Below are positions 52,924 to 61,000 of a stretch of DNA of 64,000 bases, in pieces. The stretch is from sequence record MW218148.1. One strand, written 5' to 3'. The first letter of the stretch is position 1. Each line of letters begins with the position of its first letter. Both the position numbers and the translations under genes were made by a program. The notes under the pieces are model-generated. The model saw nothing but the letters and a program-made list of their open reading frames with translations. It was not told the DNA's origin and made no database searches.

Positions 52924-54675
52924 TTAAAAGTCATCAAATATTTTTCCTGGTTCAAAGGCTTTATCTTCTTCACTGGCTTCTTTAGCTAAAGCATTATTTC
53001 TAAATTGATTAGCTATAGTTGACATTGTATTTTGTGCTCTTTCTGAGTTTATTGTATTCTCTAAATTAGAACCGATAGATTCCACACCTCTAATTTCTGC
53101 AGTACCCTCATCAACACTAAGTTTAAATGAGTTATCGAATGGTTGAGCAAAGTATTCAATTCTATCTTCACCCATTTTACCACGACTAGCTATAAGTTTA
53201 AATGATAAATGATCGTCTTGACTCTCATCTTTAGCATTCTCTCTATTAATGATTATACCATAGTCTAAGTTTTCTAGAATCATAGCAGATTCGGCTACCT
53301 GACTTCTATCTAACTGTTTGGCAATATCTGTCTTATTCTCACTTAAAGCTTTTTCCACATTCTTATATGCTTCTCGGTTTAATTGAGCTGCTGTTACTAA
53401 CGGAATATCTTTCTCTTTAGCAAATACTGTAAATTCATCTGTAATTGCACCTAAACGTATACGTAAATCTTCAATATGATCTGAAGCTCTAATACGTTTT
53501 AAATAGTCTTGTACCATCATAATCATTTGGTATCCTTGATCAGCTAAGTTTTCATATACTTCATATAAATAATCAGTTGATACTTCATTATTTTTCTTGT
53601 ATTCAACTACTAAACTAATACCTGTTTTTTCATAAGTGTATTTAATTAATTCATTAACACATTCTTGAGGTGTTTGATCTGATTCACTCATAGAATGACC
53701 TGTTACATATTCATACATTCTATCCAATGATTCACTCATAGAGTTTTCCATAGTTAAATAGTAAACTACAGGTTTTTTATTAGGATCAATAGTCTTGATA
53801 TTATCAGCTTTATTTGCTAAAGTAACTGACATTAACATATTAAGTAAAGTACCTGATTTGAATGACTTAGGTGTTCCGAAGAATGAATAAACACGACCAT
53901 TTTCGAAACCTCCATTAATCATTTTATTTAACATCTTATAACCTGTTTTTAACTTGTTAGATGGATTACGTAGTTTATCAATAGAATCGGCCATTACTTC
54001 TACTGCATTGTCTATTTCTAAAAAGTTAATAAAACTATTCTTAGTTGATCCAGCCCCACTAGAAGTTCTTTTAATAACTTTGTTTACATCAGAAATAGGT
54101 TCAATTACTTGTTTTAATAAGTCAGTTGGATTAAGTCTATCCATTGTAATTTGATCATAAATATATTTAAATACATCTGCTTTTTGATAAAGTTCTAAAG
54201 TAGCAAATCTTTCTTTAATATAAACATTAATCTGATCTATTTCTCTGTCTGATAATTGTTCTATTTCATTCTTATAATAATTATCAACAGTTTTAAGAGT
54301 TTCATATAAATGACTTTCTGACATTTGATTTTTAAATTTATCAATTAGATGTTCAATTAAGATATCTGGAGACTCAATGGATTCTTCTAGTCTTATCTTA
54401 ACCAATTCTTTAAGTACCTTAACTGTATCTTTTTGATGTTGTTGACCTTCATCATATACATAATCCTCATTAAGATTCTCTAAAAATTTATCTAGCCTTT
54501 TTAAATTTGTTGCATTAATTAAACGATTCTCAGTTATTGTATACTTAATTATCTGCATTAGTGTGTTATAAGGTATACTTATATTAGCGTAATTAATAAG
54601 TTGGTTATTGTCATTAATGTAAAAACTACCATTATTTTGTTTATTATTCATATTTGAATTGTCTAAAAATGCCAT
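52924..54675 (-). CDS. dnaB: Replicative DnaB-like helicase
   Basis: KLKTGYKMLNKMINGGF, Walker A GTPKSFKSG, LTMENS, MVQDYL, TAAQLNR, ESAMILENLD, KLIASR. Confidence 0.88.
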   Translation of the reverse strand: MAFLDNSNMNNKQNNGSFYINDNNQLINYANISIPYNTLMQIIKYTITENRLINATNLKRLDKFLENLNEDYVYDEGQQHQKDTVKVLKELVKIRLEESIESPDILIEHLIDKFKNQMSESHLYETLKTVDNYYKNEIEQLSDREIDQINVYIKERFATLELYQKADVFKYIYDQITMDRLNPTDLLKQVIEPISDVNKVIKRTSSGAGSTKNSFINFLEIDNAVEVMADSIDKLRNPSNKLKTGYKMLNKMINGGFENGRVYSFFGTPKSFKSGTLLNMLMSVTLANKADNIKTIDPNKKPVVYYLTMENSMSESLDRMYEYVTGHSMSESDQTPQECVNELIKYTYEKTGISLVVEYKKNNEVSTDYLYEVYENLADQGYQMIMMVQDYLKRIRASDHIEDLRIRLGAITDEFTVFAKEKDIPLVTAAQLNREAYKNVEKALSENKTDIAKQLDRSQVAESAMILENLDYGIIINRENAKDESQDDHLSFKLIASRGKMGEDRIEYFAQPFDNSFKLSVDEGTAEIRGVESIGSNLENTINSERAQNTMSTIANQFRNNALAKEASEEDKAFEPGKIFDDF

Positions 54676-54700
54676 ATCGTAAATACACTCTCCGTTACTA

Positions 54701-55852
54701 TTATTTTTCTTTACTTAGATTGATCAAGTCTTCAAAATCTGGATCAATAATATTTTTTACCTCTTTTAAGTCTAACTCTTTATCATGTTTAATAGTATTA
54801 AACTTAACAATTGTCTCAGGTGTATCAAGTTCATCATCTAATATGAATTGATACTTTTCGTCCACTTTAACTTCCTTGATATTTTTGTTGTTAAATTGAA
54901 CCTTTATATTTTTATCAGAACTTGAAATTTGTTTAATTATATCAACATCATCCTTAGAAGTTGAAATGAATCGGACATAATCATTTTCTTGACGTAATTC
55001 ATTGATTATTTCCATCTTCTTTTGGTCCGTTAGACTCTCATACTCATCCATGTAAACTGTAACGTAAGTAGGTGCTTCTTCATTATCTATTAATTCCACA
55101 TTATAATTATCTGTATCAAGATCATTAGTTACTACCAAGAACCCTTTATCTTTAGTATCTTTAAATGAATATCTTGAATATGAACCAGTATAGTATACTT
55201 TATCTTTATATTCGTGATAATCATGAATATGTCCATATACAGATACTCCTTTAGTAACTCTCATTAATTCTTTTGCTTCTAATATTGGAGCTGATTTAAC
55301 TGGATTCTCTGAATCATCCTCATCTGGAACGAATGTGACAAAATCAATCATTCCATGTCCAAATATATTATCATACGTATTATCTTCAACTGAATAAAGT
55401 AATTCATTATAGAATTCTTTTTTATCATCTGGATATTCCTCAGGTATATAAAGTAAATTAACTTCTTTACCATTATGTTTGATTAATTCAGTTTCTAAAG
55501 TATTAATAATTTTAAAATTATCATATTCTAATTCATTTTGATTAAATACATCAAGTTGATTAAAGTCATGAGTTTTAGTTCCTTTAATTAATCTAAGTAA
55601 GAAGTTTTTATTTTTACTTAATTCAAACATTTTATCCATGAACTCTAATACTTCTTTCCCAGCAGGTTCATTAAATCTAAGAACTCTATCAAATAAGTCA
55701 CCTGAAATAACTACCATATCAATGTCATCATTATCTTTTATATATTTTAAAAAATACTTATCTAATTCATCAGATAATTTTTTTGGATTCTTTTTACCAT
55801 AATGTATATCTGCAATAACGACTGTTTTAAATTGTTTACTCATCACTATCAT
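54701..55852 (-). CDS. sbcD: SbcD/Mre11-like metallophosphoesterase nuclease
   Basis: IADIHYG, ISGDLFD, GTKTHD, GHG, GHIH, YTGSY. Confidence 0.9.
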   Translation of the reverse strand: MIVMSKQFKTVVIADIHYGKKNPKKLSDELDKYFLKYIKDNDDIDMVVISGDLFDRVLRFNEPAGKEVLEFMDKMFELSKNKNFLLRLIKGTKTHDFNQLDVFNQNELEYDNFKIINTLETELIKHNGKEVNLLYIPEEYPDDKKEFYNELLYSVEDNTYDNIFGHGMIDFVTFVPDEDDSENPVKSAPILEAKELMRVTKGVSVYGHIHDYHEYKDKVYYTGSYSRYSFKDTKDKGFLVVTNDLDTDNYNVELIDNEEAPTYVTVYMDEYESLTDQKKMEIINELRQENDYVRFISTSKDDVDIIKQISSSDKNIKVQFNNKNIKEVKVDEKYQFILDDELDTPETIVKFNTIKHDKELDLKEVKNIIDPDFEDLINLSKEK

Positions 55853-56249
55853 CCTTTACTAAAAAGTCTATCATCTTCATAAGAGTTTCTTTAACATATT
55901 TTAGATCTCGATAAACTGAATCATCGTTCAACATCATCAATCCACTAAAATAAATTTCTGGAGATAAATCACCATAATGACAACAATCAAAACCAATTAT
56001 TCCATTACTGTCATAAGTAATTCCTCCATGAGAATAATATTCGACATCTTTATTATAATTATAACCAACTTCAATATAACCATTTAAAAATCCCAATTCA
56101 TGCCTTATTATAAAAGCATTATAACCTTTATATTCAAATTCATACTTATTCTTTCTAACTCCAAGTATTTTATTTTCTTTTTCTAAAATGTGTTTAAGAG
56201 TATCAATATCATTCATCTTCTCCAATCCCTTTCTTATTTTGATCATCAA
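55836..56249 (-). CDS. Conserved phage hypothetical protein
   Basis: GFLNGYI...HGGITY...GFDCCHYGD, a motif recalled from many phage proteins of unknown function. Confidence 0.65.
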   Translation of the reverse strand: MMIKIRKGLEKMNDIDTLKHILEKENKILGVRKNKYEFEYKGYNAFIIRHELGFLNGYIEVGYNYNKDVEYYSHGGITYDSNGIIGFDCCHYGDLSPEIYFSGLMMLNDDSVYRDLKYVKETLMKMIDFLVKDDSDE

Positions 56250-56709
56250 TCTCCATTATCATCTTCATTTTTTCATCAAATTCTCCTGATTCAATGTTCT
56301 CTTTAATACTATCTTTCAATTTACCGTTAATACTTTCTCTATTAGTTTTGATAAATTCATATACAGCATCAGCTAATTCATCTGTCATACTTACTAGATT
56401 AGCTTCATTATTATCGTCAAACTCTAAATATGCAAAAGCTGTTTTACCAAAACATGGTAATCCTCCGAACATCATAAAGTTAATATCTTCTTCTGTAAAT
56501 CTTTCTCCTACTTCCCCAAAGTAAGTAAATGAAACTACTGAATGTAATGGAGCTGGCATAACATCCATTGTAATATTCTCTACTGGAATATCCAATTCTT
56601 CTGCCATAGTTTCATACATATTATTCTCTTCAAAAATTACTTCTTTCCTTGTGTAATCATCCTTATTTGGTTCAATAAAAACAAAATTAATTTTCATTAT
56701 CTCTTTCAT
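56209..56709 (-). CDS. Hypothetical acidic protein (early)
   Basis: 166-aa ORF heading the sbcD-dnaB unit. Confidence 0.65.
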   Translation of the reverse strand: MKEIMKINFVFIEPNKDDYTRKEVIFEENNMYETMAEELDIPVENITMDVMPAPLHSVVSFTYFGEVGERFTEEDINFMMFGGLPCFGKTAFAYLEFDDNNEANLVSMTDELADAVYEFIKTNRESINGKLKDSIKENIESGEFDEKMKMIMEIDDQNKKGIGEDE

Positions 56710-56852
56710 CTCCTATTTGTATTAGTATTTTACTATATTTATATATTAATTCAACTATCAAAATTTCTTAATCAAATTTTTTTAAAATTTATCCGAAATA
56801 ATAATATTATTATTAAGGTTTAAAAGTTAAAAATATATAAATATTAATAATT

Positions 56853-56873
56853 ACTTTAATATAATATATATTT
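56853..56873 (-). promoter_or_regulatory. Early promoter core
   Basis: AAATATATATTATA core (then TTAAAGT), about 145 nt upstream of 56709. Confidence 0.5.
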
Positions 56874-56985
56874 AATATATAAATTCATTTTTAATATTTA
56901 ATTAATAAAATTAAATAAATAATAATATTAATTAAATTAATATTCTATAAAGAATCATAATACAAAACTATTAAAAACTGATGTT

Positions 56986-56997
56986 AACATTTAAATA
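56986..56997 (+). promoter_or_regulatory. Late promoter AACA-N6-TA
   Basis: gttAACA tttaaa TA upstream of 57031. Confidence 0.65.
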
Positions 56998-57030
56998 TTA
57001 AAATAAACGATAGAAAGAGTTGAAAATAAA

Positions 57031-57930
57031 TTGAGAACTTACGGTTTAAATGAATCAGAACTATATAAACAATTAAATCTAGATGTGAGTAAATTAACTA
57101 AACAAATCAAATCTGAACATTTAGTAGGACAAGAACAATTATCTGATAGCTTTAGTATTATTAGAACTCGTATAAACCAAGCTTCTAAAAATGAAGTAGT
57201 TGACAAATTAGAAAGTGGAGAAATTATTTTACTTAATTCTAAAGAGGCTAAACTACCTAATTTTATGCCAGTACTTAATATTCAAGGTAATAAAGCTTTA
57301 GTAAATATTACACCATATGTTAAATCTAATATGAATATTACTCCTAATACTTTATTTGGTTTAGCTCAAGCAGGTTTAATTAATATCAAAGTTAAAAAAG
57401 ATGCTAATAAAATTAGAAATAATGCTAAACTATTAATCTATTCAAGTCAGATATATTCTAGATTAACTTCTAAAGTAATGGATAAACTTTATGCAACTAA
57501 TATTAATAAAAATGATTCAGATCTAATTTCTTACATGTTAGCCAAATTCTTCTTAGTAAGTATTATTGGTAGAACTAATGATGAAGTTACTGAACAAATT
57601 GCGTATAAGTCATGTCATAATAGAACTGACTTCGCATTAATTAAAGAGATGGAAAATAAATTTGATGGACAAGCTTCAATGTTGAATATTTTCAGTCTAT
57701 TTAAAGAATTTAAGAAACATCCGAACTTTAGTAAATTCTCATCAAGATCATTCATTGAGAACTTCACTAAAATGTATGGAGAAACTTCTATCTTAGCTAT
57801 AGACCATTTACCTTCATTCTACAATATGATATTCTCAGCATATGTTAATGCAGGTATCAATAAAGAATTTATTATTCTTAATGCAATTAATGATAAAATT
57901 ATTATTAACTGTTACAGAAGTTTCTTTTAA
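57031..57930 (+). CDS. Conserved late hypothetical (probable virion) protein
   Basis: 299-aa ORF with late promoter and SD; no motif recognised. Confidence 0.6.
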   Translation: MRTYGLNESELYKQLNLDVSKLTKQIKSEHLVGQEQLSDSFSIIRTRINQASKNEVVDKLESGEIILLNSKEAKLPNFMPVLNIQGNKALVNITPYVKSNMNITPNTLFGLAQAGLINIKVKKDANKIRNNAKLLIYSSQIYSRLTSKVMDKLYATNINKNDSDLISYMLAKFFLVSIIGRTNDEVTEQIAYKSCHNRTDFALIKEMENKFDGQASMLNIFSLFKEFKKHPNFSKFSSRSFIENFTKMYGETSILAIDHLPSFYNMIFSAYVNAGINKEFIILNAINDKIIINCYRSFF

Positions 57931-57938
57931 ATTTAAAG

Positions 57939-57976
57939 GAGTCAATCAACTTAATTAAAATAGGTTGATTGACTCA
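57939..57976 (+). terminator. Terminator/attenuator
   Basis: GAGTCAATCAACTT / AGGTTGATTGACTC 14-bp stem. Confidence 0.7.
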
Positions 57977-58004
57977 TATTTTATAACGGAAAGGAGAATT
58001 AATT

Positions 58005-61000
58005 TTGAGTATTAAAATAAATAACGAATTGTATTACAATCTAAGAGATAAAACAAGATTAAGCAGAGTAGAAAATACTCAAGAATTAGTTACTGGTAGT
58101 TTCTATACTTTCTATAATGACTTACTCTTAGAAATTAGATACAATAATAAGATTTATGTATATACAGGTTATTCAACTCAGGGAGAACCTGTTTTAGAAT
58201 TAGATTTCCTTAAAGCTGAATTAGATATAGATAACATAGAAGATGTATTTATGTATGATAATATACTTGTAATCATCAGTGAAAAAGGTTACTATAGATG
58301 TTTCATGGACCAGTTATCCGAGAATATAAATAATTCAAATATGGAAGCTGTATATAGTCATAATTTCTATAGATCTAGTGAAGACTTAAACTATAGACCT
58401 TACTCTTTATTTAATGATATGATTTGTATTAAAGACGCCAATGATAAATTGGTTATTAAGAGTATTAAAGATGATTCATATACTAAAACTATTGTATTTA
58501 ATAAAAATATTGAAGGATTCAGTTTCTTATATGAAGAAGGTTTAGCTCTTAGTTTTTATGGAGAACCTTATTACATTCGTGTGTATGATTTTGAAAAAGA
58601 AAAGTACACTCAGAATTTTAAAATAAATGAAAATATTAATGAATATGAGTATGATATTCAGCATCAAATAACTAGAATATTCAAATTTAAGAATACGTTA
58701 TACTATTCAACACGTTCAGGTAGAATTTATAAGAGTCAAATTTATAATAAATTAATTAACTCTATTTCATATAGATTTTATCAATCAGGGTCAGCTATTG
58801 ATTATATAAAATCATACGGTAATTATATTACATTCACAAATAGAAGTAATAATATTTTAATATATAATACTGACTATGACAGAAAAGAAATAGTTAAGAA
58901 TAATTACCTAGTAAAATCTCTAGCTATAAGTAATTTTATGATGGTTATTTCTCTTTATGATAGTATTGATGAAGATTATAAGAAAGAAATAGTTGAGACT
59001 GGAGTATATCCACCAGATGTTAAATTAAATCCGGTTAATAAATATGTAATGTATAATCCACCTAGCGTAGATGTACTAAAAGAGAAATTAGAATATAGAT
59101 TTGACGATCCTAATGATCCTCTAGTATATATAAATCTTAATGTAAAACTATCTGAGAATAAGCTAAATAACTTTGATGATAGTCAATATAGACTTAAGCT
59201 TAATATAGTACATTCTGATGATACGACTGTTATAGAAGAATCTGATGTTAAGATATATAAACAACAAGGTACAGTCAAAAATATGTATGTTAAAGTTGGA
59301 AGAAAATCTCAATGGGTTGATAATAATAAATTACTATCATTATTAGAAAATGGTGATTTACGTTATAGGTTTACTGTAGATAATATTGATAACTATGTAA
59401 CATTCTATAATACAGAATACCCAAGCATTAGTAATGAATTATACAGACACTTAACGGGAACAGAAGTAGTCTTAGATAGATCTCCAGAGAAGAGTCATTA
59501 TGATGCTATCTCAAAAGAATTAGATATTAAAGATATATTTAATGATGCTGAAGATGAAAAAGTTATTTCGTTATTGTCTAATTTAGTAAATGAAAAAGTT
59601 ATATATCCTTCATCTAATCTACGTATTGATTCTGAAGATATGTATTTAGATTACCCTGATTACGATCCAAGAAGATATATTGATTTTAGTAATGAGTATC
59701 CTGATGGACAATTGGATACTAATGTAATCAACTCAGACGTATACTTTAATGGCCTTAAATTATTTAAAAATGATTTACTTCAGAAAGATAATTTTGACGG
59801 TTCGGTTAACGTTTATTTAAATCATTTAGCTATGAAAAAATATATGAATCCTAAGAACTATGAATATACTATCCAAGATAGAAAATTATCTAAAACAGAC
59901 AGTTTTATTATTTCTAATAAATCTAGAAGTTTATATCAAACAGAAAAACTTATGATTAAACATACAGTTACTAATGATTATGAAAACCAAACATCATTAC
60001 TACCAACTAAAGGTATTTTATTACCTAATACTAGAGTTAATCAATTTAAGATTCAAAATATTAGAGTATATGTTAAAGTATATAATACTAGTGAAAATGG
60101 TAATGAATATTATCATAGACTAAATCCAAGAAACTTCAATCTTTGGATTGATAAAGAATATAATATGCTTAGAGTTGCGGTTTATGGCATACAGATTCCG
60201 GAAGGTTCTACATTAATGATTATGGATAATGGTTTAACTAATAATGTCATTCTATATGATAAACTTAATTACATTAAGCGTGATATTGATAGTTTACCTA
60301 TAGTTGAAGTTGGTCCTCAAGGAGAATTATTAACTGAATTAAGTAGAAGAACTGAAGATGTGGAAGTTATTGTAGATGGATTAACTTTAATACCTGGTCG
60401 AGATTTCCATGTAATGAATACACCTAACGATCCAGATATTCCTTCCTTAGTTGCTTTCAGAAATGTTATTCCTAATACAGCTAAAGTAGAAATTGCATTA
60501 TTAAATGAAAATTCTTCTGATGTTTATTACTTTAAACGTCCTGCTGTTGATACTACTAATGTATTTGTACTACCTGATGATAAACGCATTTTTACTAATA
60601 ATATCTATCAGAATGATCCTTATAAAGATATCAATCTATTAAAGAATTCTGATGAAGATGTTATAACTAAAGATAATGTAGTTAAGGAATATGAATTATT
60701 AGAACCTTTAGAGAAAAATACTGATTATGTATTGACTATGAGAGCTCAAATGCCTGTTGATATTGATTATCTTAATATAACTTCTAATGGAACTACTAAA
60801 AATATAGTTAGTATTCAATCAAGTTCATATGATTCAACTACTAAAACTTATCAGGTTAAATTCAAATTAGAAGATTTGGGTGATGGTCTTAATACGGGAA
60901 TAGTTATTAGGAAAACTCAAGAAAGCAGCAGAGATGTTAAAATTGATTGGGTTAAATTAAAGAAAGAATCTCATTCAACTAGACTATGGGAATCTTACTC

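Noticed and set aside
30154-56709. Uracil-DNA glycosylase inhibitor (Ugi) among the small acidic ORFs
   Set aside because: None shows recognisable similarity to PBS2 Ugi or SAUGI; the gene is probably elsewhere if present.
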